Shown here piece after piece: positions 25,641 to 39,300 of a DNA stretch of 64,000 nt (within the stretch, counting starts at the first letter, position 1; every line of letters starts with the position of its first letter). The stretch covers positions 4,853,846-4,917,845 of the forward strand of contig MU056737.1 of NCBI GenBank assembly GCA_013239625.1, given 5' to 3'. The DNA is from Lama guanicoe. Taxonomy: Eukaryota. A program made the translations under genes and the position numbers. A model generated the notes under the pieces. The model made no database searches, was not told where the DNA came from, and saw only the letters and a program-made list of their open reading frames with translations.

Positions 25641-26142
25641 ACCGTATACTTCTCATAAAAGTGAAAAATAAAAACATTTTTATAGGCCTGACAATAGATG
25701 AATTATTAAATAAATGATTACACGTCAACTCAAAATGTTTCATGGTCATTAAAATATTCACAAAACTATTACAATAACAAAGATGCTATAATATTATCAA
25801 GGTGAGTGGAACAGGGCCCACAGCTGGGTGGTGGTGGTCTGTGTGTCTGTGTCTGGGTGCGGGCGGGCACCTGGGTGTGGTGTTCTGTGCGTCTGTATCT
25901 GGGTGCAGACGGGCAACATGAGGAGCCAGGGTCTTCAGGAGGCATGACCGTGAATGTGCTCTGATTTCCACGGCTACACATTGTCCACACTCCTAATGAG
26001 CATACTTTTTATAATTTTATAAACTGAAGGCGAAATGTACATGTATTGAAGAAAACGGAAATCATCAAAACAACACATAAATCACACAGAGCAGAAGGGG
26101 GCCAGCCTCCCCTTCCCCAGAATCAAGGTTGTGCTTTTTCCT

Positions 26143-26340
26143 GCATGTACACAGTGCCTGCATACACGCGTGTACATGCACATGCACACACACGCATGCT
26201 AACAGTACACACACACGCACATGATGCCTGCATATATGCACACATGCATGCTCACAGCACACATAAGCACACACATGCACACACGCACACGATGCCTGCG
26301 TACTGCACTTACACAGACATGTACACGCGCGCACACACGA
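26143..26340. repeat. Degenerate (CA/TGCA)n tract
   Basis: catgcacatgcacacacacgcatgc... Confidence 0.9.
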
Positions 26341-29169
26341 CAAACCCCCAGGCACTCACAGTGTTGAAAGAAAGATTCTTACAGAAAAAAAATTTTAAGT
26401 GAAGCTTATTTCTTACATTGGATCTCAAACTGCTTTCTTACAGCTTTGCCCTCGTGTCTGGCTTTCGGATGTGATACAAAACACATTTAATTCCTGAGCC
26501 ACGGTCCTGGTATCTTCCTTGAAACTGACAACTAACGTTTAGCACCACTATTAGCAATATTTTATATCATTTTCCAACCAGTTACAACTCTGCCCGACCA
26601 ACCCTGTTGTTATGAAAGACAGTTTCAGTTACTTTGCTACCTGGCAGGGAAAAAATCAACAGTTCACATGTTCTTCAAGTGCTTGTGAGAAATTTTTCTA
26701 AAATAAAGAAGGTGAAATTATCGAGAGTGAAGTGAATATATTCTGACTTGATCATAACAAATACAGAGATGAAAACTCTGTTGAAATCTTGGGGGAAACA
26801 GTATAAAAACAGCTTGGAGACAATTCTGCTTCTGGCTGAAATGAGAACCCTAACGGGCAGGCAAGGTCCGGAGGCCAGCACCGCAGTGTCTCCCGGCTGA
26901 CGCCCAGAACCCACCACTCGGGGACAGGGGGTCGGTCTAACGTCCTGCTGGGGCCCAGCAGTCACCACTCATGAACTGGGAAGGCAACACTCACCTCCCA
27001 GCATCGATGTTACCCTGCTGTCCACTGTAGACACGCATGAACTCAGGACATGTGCAGTGAGCAAAGCGGGCGTGTGGGTCCTGCACCCGGCAGCCCTGCT
27101 GTGACCAGAGCCCACAGCTCCCGGCTTGAGTCCAGGACGGGCATCCAAGGGCTCACAGCATGTCAGGGCCCTCTTGCCTCCTGGTCACCTCACACGACAC
27201 TCTCATTCCACTAAAAATAAAAGGCTGGTGGGAATCGAAGGTCCTCTGTCATCTGAGAGCTGAGTAGCCCACTCTCCGGTCGCCATGGCAACCCCACGTT
27301 CCCGGCTCCGCGAATGGGTGGGGGTCTGCGGGCACGTCCACATCCACGTCCACTGCAGAGTCAGGGCCAGGACGGTGACCCCTACCCTGCCACGCAGCCT
27401 GGATTCCTGGTGACAATTGCTTGGAGGTGAAACCATGTCCCCTGTGCCTCTGGCCGGACCGGGTGACGGGAACCAGGCGTCCCTGCGCAGGCAGACCTGG
27501 GCTGTTGCTGCTTGACATCTTGTGCAGCTGAAGGTGCCCGGGAGCCGCAGCTGTGTTCTCGCCTGCTCCTGACACTCACCCCGCCCTGGTGTCAACCATG
27601 AACGAGATGCACGTCCCCCAACAATATCGCCCAACAGCAAGCGCCCCCCCCGCCCCACAACGTGGCTCTGGGGAGGCTGGCCCAGCCGAGCGGACGGCAC
27701 AGATCAGGGAGGGTGGGGGCAGGTCCCGGTCAGGGGCCGAAATCCAGGAGGGCCAGACAGTCAATCCTGTCCAGTCGCGTGTCGGACAGAAAACAGCACG
27801 CGCTCCCTAAAGAGAAGTGGGTGACACGCAAACCCAGGACGGACTGCCACCTGCCCAGCTCCAGCCACCCGCAGCTCCGCGCGGTGTGGGTCGTCCCGAG
27901 GCAAGACAAGCCCGCTTCTGAGACGGACGCCACTCATCCAGGGGGTCCGGTCGTTCTTCCCTGAGCTGAGGTTCCCCAGGTAAGAGCCCATCTGATCCAG
28001 AATTCCTCGTGTCCCCCCAAACCAAGAACCAGGGACAAAGGTGGAGGCACAATCCCGGTGAACGGGAATCAACTGTCCCGAGCAGACCAACCGGAGCGAT
28101 TCCACCCTATTTCCAAGTGCTTTAAATATGTGCTGAGCACTGATCCTGGGAGAACCTAAAATCAACACATGAGTCTGTCACAGACCCACCTGGGCTCCCT
28201 CGCTGTCCAGGGGACTGAGTCTGGACACGCGTCGCTGCAGCTGCCAGGCTGGGCTGGCCGCCAGGGCAGGGGCCTGGCCGTGCAGTACTGTGAGCTGTTG
28301 GGGAGGTTTTAACTGGTTCCCTTCACGGGACTTTCCCTCAGGAAGCAGAGAGGGGACAGCTACTCCCATCCCTGGCAGGTCCCCGTGGCCACGGTCACGT
28401 GTGCTGCTCTCACAAAGGACCCTGCACAGATCCAGGAGGACTGCCCATCGGGAGGGTGGGGGCGCCGTGGCCGTGGTCGGACCGGACGGCTCCTCAGCTG
28501 GCGCTGCTCCTGCCTGGGGCGGCTGCTGGGTCTGCGGCCGGCAGAGGGAAGGAACCTGCCAAAGGTGCAGCCAGGCCCCGGGATCCAGGACGTCCCCAGG
28601 CAAAGGCGCCCAGTGTTTAAAACGCTCCAAAAAGAGGCAGCACTGAGAAACTGGCTCACAGGAGGGCGGACTAACTCCAAAGCCAACACTGCAGGCTTCG
28701 CGTGCAGCCTGGCCACAGTGAGCAGCCCCCAGATCACCGAGCCCCAGTGGTCTCGGGCAGCACAGGCCCTCGGCCTCCCGACGGCACCAGGGCCTCTGAC
28801 CCCATCAGGAACGGAGACGGCGCGGGTTTCCACTCCCACCGGACGGGGCTGACTTCCATCACCTCTGCTCCTGGAAAACCAAGCACCTCAACTTTCCTGA
28901 GCCCTGGAATGTATTTAATGGACATGCCCGCTTTGTACACCAAAACAGATCCGAAAACAAATGAGAAATATGGCTCGCTGCGTTACAGGGAACACTGGAG
29001 ATGCGGCTGGTCCAGGAAAAACCGCACAGGAGGTAAAACCAACGCCCCAGCTCTCTCTCCGAGTTCTCCCCTTCCTGCCTCCTGCCTCCTGCGGGGACCC
29101 GTCCACTCCTGACGCTCAGCGTCCCAGAGCATCCGAAAACCTCCCACAGGAGCCCACAGCAGGCTCGAC

Positions 29170-29260
29170 GTGACGCACACCCATGCGCATCCATGCACAC
29201 ACAGGCACACCCGTGCACACACAGGCACACACGTGACACACAGGCACACACGTGAGTACA
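29170..29260. repeat. Degenerate CA tract (CACACAGGCACAC units)
   Basis: cacacaggcacac occurs three times. Confidence 0.85.
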
Positions 29261-30734
29261 CTCCTTTTCAAAAGAACCTGCTTAAGGCTTTGGTTTCCCC
29301 ACAGAAAGAACACCCCTGAGGGGCTTCACCAGAGCGTATTTGGGAGAAACACAGGGGCCTCCTTCCCCTTCCCGCCAGCATCTGCGGTCACTCCACAAAA
29401 GTAGCACAGACACACAGCCTCCCTGCGTTGACCCTGCTCAGGCCCTGGGGGGGCAAGCTCGTGGGGAAAAAGAGGTTCACGCATGGGGCAGACTCAAGAG
29501 GAGACCCCAGGATCTCAGAGCAGGGATGCCCTCTCCCTTCTTAGGAATGCCCCCTGAGAGGAACTGGGCGTGGAGGGGACAGTGTGTGCGGGGACCTCGT
29601 GCGGGGGCAGCTGCTGGCTTCCCCACGGCCCCACACCTGGTCTCTGCCTAGCGGTGCCCCTCCCGCGGCCCAGCCGGGCAGGTCCGCGTCCCCTTCCTCC
29701 TACTTCCTGGCCGCCTTCCTCCATCTGCACCCTCTCTATCACCACCAGCAGGGACCTTCCAGTGGACCCTTCTCAGGTCACTGCCTCACGTCTTCAGACC
29801 AAGACCCACCAGAACACGGCAGCTGCCTTCTGCCCAGCTGACCTGGGATGCCACAACCACGGTCCACGTAAGCCGACGACGTTTCCTCTCATCCAAGGGA
29901 CGCCCTGGTCCTCCGATCCGGCGCCGGGTCCCCGTGCAGAGCCGTGCGGGACGGCAGCGTCCAGGCGGGGCTGCCGTGTCCTCACTCACTCAGGGGATGT
30001 TGTTGTGGACCGAGGTCTCCCCTCAACCAAGGACTGGCCCCATGGGACTGAGGGTCTAACAGAGACTGACCCAGGGAGGGCCGTGATGACCAGCGCTCGG
30101 TGTCCACCCCTGTGGACAGGGCTGGATGGCACTGACGCTTCCCCGGAGGCTGCGGGTCATTCACAGATTCTCACTGACGCTAACGTCCCAGAGCATCCAC
30201 GCCATTCTCTCTATGCCTGAGCACTCTGTCAAGTCAAGGACAGCAGTGAAAGGTCCTGGGGTGTGACCACTCAGCCCTGGCCTCACGTCCAGCCCGGCCT
30301 CGCTCCCCTGGCTACAAGGAGGCCCCCACCCAGCAGCCCAGCTGCTCAGAGGGTCGGCTGAGACGGGCCCCCAGCCACCAAAGGCCCCAACCCCCGCGTG
30401 AGGCCAAAGGGCGCCTGAACATGTAACTGAAGTGGGGGGTATGTGCCCCTAGAAAGCTGCAGCACGCCAACTCCATCCACCGTGGACCAGCCTCCTTCCT
30501 CTGCAAGACCACACGGGCCCGCGGTCCAGCGTGTGAGCTGTCAGTGAGGAGCTGCGGCTCCCTGCATTCTTACCTGCTGCCCTGCCATCCGGGGAGGGTG
30601 AGCGCTCACACCCCGGCCGCCGTCCCGCCACCCTCGAGGCCGCCCGCTCGCAGCCCGGCTGCTTCGTGCCCCGCGCTCACCTGCGTGAGGCCACACGGAG
30701 GTGCAGCTCTGCCGGTCGCACGTGTCTCACAACT

Positions 30735-31180
30735 TTTCCTATGATATTCCTCCCAGTAATTTTTTAAGGTTTTCCACAGTCAGACTTTTTACTCTTTCCA
30801 TTTATGGCTTCTTAGATTTAAAACATCGCAATTAAAAGGGCACCCACGGCATCGCATCGCCCCACGCCGCCTTCTGCAGCCCCTCTGTATGACTTTCACT
30901 TAAGTTATTGATTCATTTGGCATTTATTTTTGCCAAGAGAAATAAGAACTCAAATACTTTTCCCCCAAACAATTAGAACACAGTTTATTGAACAATTTGT
31001 CTTCTTCCCGTGGCTTTAACAGCCGCCGTCCTCGTCCTCCAGCTCCACGCGTACTTGAGCCTTTTTCCGGACTCTGTTCTGTTTTCCTCGTAAGCTACTG
31101 TGCATGATGCTTGACTTGGAAGGTTTCAGGATTTATCTGCCCTCTGGAATAGTTTACACAGCACAGAAATAACCCACTCC
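30735..31180 (-). mobile_element. Old L1 (L1ME-like) ORF2 fragment
   Basis: T-rich island: ttattgattcatttggcatttatttttg, tttattgaacaatttgtcttcttccc, tttttccggactctgttctgtt. Confidence 0.65.
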
Positions 31181-33207
31181 TTGAAGATCTGAAATAATTT
31201 ACCGTGAAGCCAGCTAGCCTGGTACCCGGGGTGGGGGTGGCGGGCTGTGTGCCAACCCGCGCTGTCAGCTCAGGCCGCCCCCGCCGTCCGTGATCAGACT
31301 TAATACGGTTCTCCTGTGAAGAGAGCGGACCACACCCAGACTTCACGTGCGTCTGTGCGCCTCCGCGAAGCGCTCGCTGCCTCTGTTTTAATGATGGTCT
31401 TGCTGCTCCTGATTCTGTGTGTTTGTGTTTTTGCTCTTTTCCCTGATTGGCGTGCAGTCTGCTCTCTGTCCTCCTTTCCTCCTCAGGAACAGGCTCCTCG
31501 CATCTTAGGCTTCCCTGAGGGCCTTGTTCTTCTTCCACCTTCCTGGCCGAACGCCTCCCTCCTTCACCCCACCTGGCTGTCTCAGGTGGCGTGGGGACAC
31601 CGGCACAGCACCTGGGCCATCCCTTCCTGCTCCCACCAAGGCTAGAAGACCTGGACACGCAGCTGGGGGTCGGCGGTGACCAGTCCTGGACACTGAACGA
31701 GGGGCCTGCACCCGGGGAGGGTGTGAGGGGCTGGGGTGGAAATCACCTCCTTTGCAGTAAGAGGAAAGATGCCTTTTGTCTCTGCTCCCCCCTCTCTGCC
31801 ACAAATGTGACGCTTGGACTGCAGCGGACACTCGGGGTCACCGGGTAACAAGGACAGGGCGAGGAGCTTGAGAAGGAAGAGCCGGCACACTGAGAACGGG
31901 GGAGCACGCCGGAAGCGGAGTCTGGGGCGAGGCCCACGTCACCGGGCGCGGCCCAGGCAGCAGGTCTGGTGTCTTCTTCACTCCCTCTGCGTTACAGCCT
32001 GTTCCCAAACCTGCCTGAGCCTCAGACTCTTCCAGAAACGCTGCCCAGCCTCCCTGCCGTGGCCCCCTCCCCGGCACGCAGACCAGGGGAGAACTCGGCA
32101 GGGACGGCTGCCCGTGGGGCCCTGCTTTCCACAGGCCTCCTTCTGCCAGAGTCCTCTTCTTTCTCCTGTTGTCGACGTTCTGGTCAAACTGCTAGTGGCT
32201 ACTGCAGAAATGTAACTCCATGTGTTCAGCGTCCTCCTACTCTGGCCTGAGTCTCCACCCAGAGGGACACCCTGCACCCCATTTCCAGGAGGATGAGGAG
32301 GGACCCCACACAACCCCACTGCTGTGGGACCACCCGGCTTCCCAGGACCACGCACTCTGTGGTTTTCCCTGTCTCTTACTTGCCTGTTTTTGCCCCTTGC
32401 TGTTCAGGTTGTCAAGCTGCAGGGAAACACTGTGAGATGTGGTTTCACGGGCCACCTAAACCAGAAGCCACGGCCGAGAGCCCCCCGACAAGCAGGCATT
32501 GGGTGGACGTGGTGCTGGCTGACCAGCGGGAGCCCCTGGCAGAAGTCATGGTCCCCTAAGGAGACTGTGCGGAGGGAGTGAGGGTCAGCAAACAGTTCTA
32601 ACAGAGGGCAGGAGACACGGGGACGACAGGAGACCAGCCAGCGGGACAGCCGCCCCCACGGCCGGCTTAAAGCTTACTCGTTCATTACTCTCCAACGCTC
32701 CTTGATGCCTAGTGTCTCCGATGCTGAAAATCCTAAACCCTATCAGATCAGAACCTGCCCCCAAACCTCAGCCTGGTAGAACAAGAACGTGCAGAGAGGC
32801 CTCCAGGAGCCCACGGTTTCTCAGGCAGACGCTCGGGGGCGGCAGGGCAGCCGCTGACATGCAGAAGCAGGTGGGAAGCGGGCACCAGGGCTGGCGCCCC
32901 TGAGCTAGGGGAGGGGGCCGTGAGGTCACGACGCCCCCCTCAGTCTCCGGGACAAACCGACGTGGCTTCTGTAATGTCCGCTTAAGACCGTCTTCACCAA
33001 CAGCGAGAACATCTTGTCTGGACACTGGAGAAGTGGGCTGCTACTGCCCGGACCACCTACAACGTGGGCACCGCACAGCTTGGCACAGACTGGGAGGAGG
33101 ATTTGCTGAGAAGAGCCCAGGGAGGGGTGACGCCCCTCCAGTGAACCCCACCCCTCCCTTGGGATGAGGGTGACACCCCCTTCAACCTCTGCCAGGGGTG
33201 GACGCAA

Positions 33208-33320
33208 CGGTGTATGCATGTGCATTTCTGTGTTTGTGTGCATTTGTGTCTGCATGTGCATGTGTGCGTGTCTGGATGTGTGTGCATTTGGGTCTGCACG
33301 TGCATCTGCACGTGCGCACA
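33208..33320. repeat. Degenerate (TG)n tract
   Basis: gtgtatgcatgtgcatttctgtgtttgtgtgcat... Confidence 0.85.
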
Positions 33321-36300
33321 GGCATGGGGGACTGGAGTCTGCAGATGAGAAAAAGAATGCCTACATGCCTAACAGCCAAGACGCCTGTTTGTCCGTCCAC
33401 GGGACTCAGAGATGCGCAACAGTACAGCCACCAGACGTCCCAAACCCAAAGCAGAGCAAACCAGCAAGGCGGAGGATCCGGGAGCCAGGAGGCCGCCTCA
33501 GGCTCGACGAGACGCTACACGTCGGTGCTGCGAGGCCACCTTCTCAGCGTCGCTCAGATCTTATTAAAGGATTCCACGGGGAAGTGAGACTTCCTACACA
33601 AAATTCTGCCTTATAAATAATTTATCAGTAACATACAGAGACGCACAGTCACCAGTCAGTCAAGGATCCGGATCCGTGAGGCCAGCTGCGCAGGACTTTT
33701 CTGAAGGCCCAGAAAAACGCTGGTTGGAGTACAGCCCAGAAGGGCTCTAAAACCCAAGCGTGCCTCCCAGCACCTCCAAAACAAGGCAGCCGCGACACTG
33801 GCCCGCAGGCCTGCCCGTGGTCAGGATCAGGCTGAAATCCAGCACGCCAAGCACACGACACAAACACAAATCAGCCGCAGCCACAGGCACTCGTCGGGGT
33901 CGCCGTGGCAAGACCCCAACTCGCCACTACTCCGTGCCTCCACACACACGTGACAGTCGCACGCAGTCCCTTCTCCTCAACTCAGGAGGGAACGGCGTCG
34001 GGGACCCATGGCAGGCTTCTCCCCAGGAGCCCTCCCCTCACCAGAGCGCCCACCCATTTTTCAACTGGGTGCTGCCCACCCGCTCTCTCTAAGGCTGGCC
34101 TGTGCCACGTGCCCACTGGCAGAAAGCCCTCGAACACGCCCAGCACAGCCTCCTCCACAACATGGCCTCTGCCCGGCCAGCGTCACACTCACAGGAAGCC
34201 CCCACCCCTTCGGGGCACTTCCCTCAAAATCTGGGGAAGTGAGTCTAGGTCCCAAACTTTGTGTCTTTCCTCCCGTTTCTGCCTCTGTGTGGACGCCCCC
34301 CACCCTCTTATCCGCTGGGCAGACGAGACGCCACCTCCTTCCACAGCCGTCCTGGCAAACCTCGGGCTCTCTCCTGTGCACCCCGCTGGCCAGAAGCCCA
34401 GAAACAGCCCGTTAGGGTCACCTTCCTACCTGCTCAGCATACCCCACCACGGAGCGCAGCTGCCTGACAGCCTGGCCAACCTGTGCCCTGCCCCGGCCCA
34501 GGAGCCACACACGTGGACTACCCCGCGGTGACTCCGCAGAGGCCGGTGGGCACTAGTCGTGCCCCCTCTGATGCCGAGTTCCACACCTGCACTGGCTGTC
34601 CTGCTGGAGGCCCTCCAGGTGGCTCCAGGGCAGACGCCCGGGAACGTTTTCCTGCTTCAGCTGAGGCCTCCGTCCCCGGGGCGGCCTCCTGTCCCACACA
34701 GCGGAGAGTGGTGGCCCTGTGCCCGTCGCACCAGCACATGTGGCCCTGGCCACGTGGAGGCACACAGACTGCCCGGGAAGCCACGCCCAGCCCACAGTGT
34801 GCAGCACGAATACTGGTGGACAAGGGAGAATGAGCAGCCGCGAAGTGGTCCAGACACAGCCCCTGGGGGCCCGGCCTGGGCACCCAGCTCCCACACCCGC
34901 AGGGCTCTGACCGAAGCCTTGGGGTGGAGACAGACAGCTCCCGAGACCCCAGGTGGTCCTGGAGGAGGAAGGGCAGGGCAGGGCACCCTCCCCAGGAGAA
35001 AGGCTCAGCCCAGGAGAGATGGGTTCATTCCTGGTGAATCCAGAGGCTTCCTTCTTCCTCCTTGGGGGGCAGGGAGGGATACGTGTGACCCAAACCCAGG
35101 ACTGCTCATGGGGAACCAGCCCTGAAGGAGGACGGAGGGGGAGACCGCCCTGCCGGCCAGTCAGTGTGGTCGCCATCAGCGGTCCCCGCCCCACGGCCCG
35201 GCCCCCGGAGGGAAGCACAGTCGCCATGCTGGAATCTGCCAGGAAGGAGGTGAGAAACCAGGAGGGGATGGGACACTCCGTGGATCCAACAGCAGCTCGT
35301 CCTGGGCACTGCGGACACCTGCCCTGCACTGTGCGGAGTTCTGCCCTTCTGAAGGCTGAATTCACAGCTGCTTCAACAACTCAAAGCATCACTGTCCAAC
35401 ACCATTAAAGGTGGGGTTCGAGCACGCCAAACTGAAACAGTTCTCATCACTGGCCACACACAGGGGAGACAGGCCCAGGCTGCCCCTGCTGCCAGGTGCT
35501 GACCAGGAGCCGCGGCGGGGGTTGGCGGCTGGGCACCCCGGCGAGCACAGCCACCGTGCCCAGGGCCGGCCCTCTGCATCGAGATGCTGGCATTTTCCAT
35601 CTTCCCTGCTGCTGAAGGGCAGGGATGCCCAGCTCACTTTCAAGCCTTTTTTCCGATGATTTATACATTACATGGCCGCTACCCCTGCCCAGCTTCTGCC
35701 CAGCACACAGGAAGCGCCCTAATTTAAGAGGTTCAGGAATGTTTGCACAGCACTGCGGTCTCTCACAGTGCTTAATCAGGAAGGAGCCACAGTGATGCTG
35801 CCCTGAGAGCCAGAGCAGAGGGGGTGAGGCTCCCCCGGAGACGGGCATGGGACACGGCCAGGAGGCTGTGTGCTCTCCCCATGGGCGTCTTCAGGCAGCT
35901 GAGCAAGCGCATGTCCGCTGAGTGGGGCAACGCCCTGGGTCCAGGCAGAAGCTCTGAGCTCCTGGGAGACCACTCCGCAAGGACTTCTCCATCGGACCTG
36001 GGGAAGGTGCAGGCGGGTGCCGTGGGGACGGGCGCCTCCCACTGAAGCCGGTTAGGCCAGAGCTCGGCGGGTGTCACAGGCCTGGGGGTGCAGCACCACT
36101 TACAGAGCTGACAACAGCCAGACAAGAAGGTCCGCTTTGGTGACAGAGCTGGACCCTTGACCACCCTCTTTGGACCAAGAAGCCCTAAGTCCCAAGGCCC
36201 TCCTTCCATTCAGTCAGCATCAAACCTAAATCACGGCCTGAATAGCCTGAGACACGCTCTCCCCTTGGTGCTTCTGGCTGCGTACAACCCAAGGGCAGCA

Positions 36301-39300
36301 GACGAAAGCCAGCCTCTGCGACTGGCCGCGCCCGGCCCTTCCTTCTCCTGTCTCCACGGTGAGGCCTGGGCACCTCTTCATGTTATTAACGGTGATCCGT
36401 GCGTCACCGGCTTCCGTGGGTAATTAAATGGACGTCTGGGTGGAGCCCACCGTGCCAGTTCTCCCGTGACCTCTGACGCGGAGCACAGGCGGCGATGCTA
36501 AGGGGCAGGGAGCGCTAGCCCCAGCACCACGGGCGCCCTTGGGCGCTCCACCAACAGCCCTCCACTGACCAGCTCCGTCACAGCCTGAGCACTGGAGCCT
36601 TCCTGCCAAGGAGCATACCCGCTAGACAACAGCAAACCTCACGGTCTCCTGTCGCACAGGCCTGAGCTCAGCCCCGCCTGGAGCTTTCAGACACACTGAG
36701 GAGGGGGGCGAGCTTCGCAGATCAGCCCCGGAGCCTGCAGACGCCGGCCGCGCCCCGCCCACCCCGAGTTCCCCGCCTCGCAGCGTCCTTGGAGAATGAC
36801 TCTCGGCCACGGTCTGAGCTGAGTGTCGGAGACCACCCCCACTCCCTTCCCAGATGTGTCTCTGACACGGACTCAAGTCCCAGGACTTGGGGTCCACCAT
36901 CGCCCTTGTCACAGCCTACGGTGCTTGTCTGTTTGGTGTATTTCCACAGTCAGTGCCGAGGAGCGGAGAATCTGACCAGCTCCACCACAGCCGGGTCCTG
37001 GCCGGCATCCCTTTATAGATGAGGTCAAAGGACGTAAAGAAAAGTGAGGCGTGGGAAGCAAGGGTCGGGGCTGGGGGAGCTCAGAGAAGGAAGAAGAGAC
37101 ACATCTCCAGCCACAGGGGCACGTCCTCATGAAAGGAGACCCAGGGACAGTCCCGTCTCGGGGAAGTGGGCACGCGCCGGGCCGCGGGGGCCACGTCCTG
37201 GGCCATGCCGCTCCCGCGAGGCCACCTCATTCCACTTTCTGCAAACCCGGGTATCAAGGATCAAGAATGAGAGTGGGAGCACATTCTTCAAAGCTTTTAC
37301 GTCTTTGCTTGTAATTCTTTGTCACCTGATTTTACAGGTGTCTTTGGCAGAAGTAGAGAAACTCCTTGAGTCACAGAGCCTTGATCCCACACACTCCACA
37401 GGTGTGCCCAGAAAACCCACAGCGTGTGTGCCTCCTCGGGTCGGGAGGGCCCTCCCCTCCCCATCCCCGTGTGTCCCCTTGCTCTCTGCCAGCATGTGTC
37501 CCACCTCCGGAAACTACGCCTGTGCACGTGGCTGCTACGGCAACGCCAGGCGAGAAACCCAAGTCCAGACATGAGCACATGCGACGAGAGCATAACGTCT
37601 CCAAGCGCCAGGCTCGGGGACACCTGAAGAGATGCTGCGGGTCGGACGGTGATGAGGCTGTCTCGTGGGGTGCCCTGCATGGAGCCGTGACGTGGAGCCC
37701 GCACGCGCCTGCTCAGGGCGTCCTGGGAGTGGATGGACGTGGAGGGTGCTACCCGGAGTGGGCGGAGGACCGCCAGAGTCACGACGACCCGGGAAGAGCC
37801 TCATTGCGCACCTGCTGCACGCACCACGCTGATTCCCCCGCAGCGCTGGCCCATCGGGTCCTAAACCCCCCAGAAAAAAGCCTCCCCGGGCCAGACCAGG
37901 CAACAGTCAGAGGGGAGGAGAGTGCCCGCTCCAGAGGACGCCTTGTCCCTGACGCGTATGTCCCGCTCCCCTCCTCCCGCCTCTGCCCTGCCTGCTCCCC
38001 GCCGACCGAGCGGCCCACCTGGGAGCCAGGAGCTTTCCCGAGCAGACCAGGTTGCGTTTCCCCCTCATCTCCACCCACATGCACGGGCACCCACTGAACA
38101 GACCTCGCTCACCCCCTCGTCACTGCAGCCGCCAGTTCACTTAATCTCACCGAGTAACATAACAATGTGACACCGTTTATTTTAGCGGGGAAATGTATTT
38201 CAGTATCTTTATTAGCTTCCTTAGTCCCATTCATCTAGAATCTTCGAGGCTCTGAAATTTTCCTTAGTTTCTTAAATTACATTTTTACCGTCTTAAGGAG
38301 TAGATTACGTGCTGCCACGGCGTTAATTCATGAATTTCAGTTCACAAGAAGCTTACTGCACACCGCCACCAGCGCCACGCTTCTGCTCCGGTTACGGCAC
38401 GGCAGTATCACTGGCTGTAACCTCCTGGACTAGTTTCCTCTGTAGTAGGCTCTGGCGACACTGCTGTGATAGATGAACCCAAACACGTTCGCAGTGCACA
38501 CACAAGGCAGGACGCCGCTTCCCAGCAGTGACTCAAGATCCAACCTGCTCGACTGGCAGGGAAGAGAAGGGGCAGGTTTTAAATGCTTCGACCCAAACCC
38601 GATTTAGGACCAAGAGGACACGTGCAGTAAAGAAGGTGCGTCCCCTCGGCCCCGCGGGACCGGCCCGTGGTGGACCGGCCGCTGCCGGGCACTGAGTGGG
38701 CACCAACTGACCAGAAAAAGAAGGACTCCGCTGTGCCCTGGCGCCCTGGCGCGGCGGACAGAGCGGCCGTGAACCTGGCCCTTCGCTCTCCGGTCACGTC
38801 AGTTTAGAAAAGGAACCGAGCGCCCTTCGCTTCCTTCCAGCCCGACTGCTCTGCCCAAGGACGTGCCGGCGATTTCCCTCAGAAAGACCAAGTGGACTCA
38901 AGATGCAAAGGCCAGAGCCCAGGGCTCCCTGGACAAATGACCAGGGGAGCGGACGCAGGACCACAGCTTCTCCGCAGGTCGGAGGCCCCCTTGCTGGCGT
39001 GAGTCCCTCAACACCTGCTCACCCCAGCCTGGTCGTCAGAATGGCCCTCGGCTGCCTGCCAGGAGCTGGGTCTCCAGCATCAGGCCCGCAGGCGGGGGGC
39101 AGGCGGGAGAAGAGTGTGTGTTGGGCCCCCCACCCACTGGGCAGCCTGGGGAGGGGCGAGGAACCTTCCAGGGACAAGGGACACAGTGCTCCTCAGCTCC
39201 CAGGGTTCCCGGAGCTGCCAGGAGGGAGTGCCCAAAAAAAACCTACAGCCACGTGCACCTCGGGGTCCTGGTCGCCCTTCAGAAACTCAGGGCAGGACTG

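Noticed and set aside
28201-28220. REST/RE1-like GCTGTCC-AG-GGGACTGA; also CAGCACC-AC-GGGCGC near 36522
   Set aside because: Each has two or more mismatches in a core half-site, which is expected by chance at this GC content.
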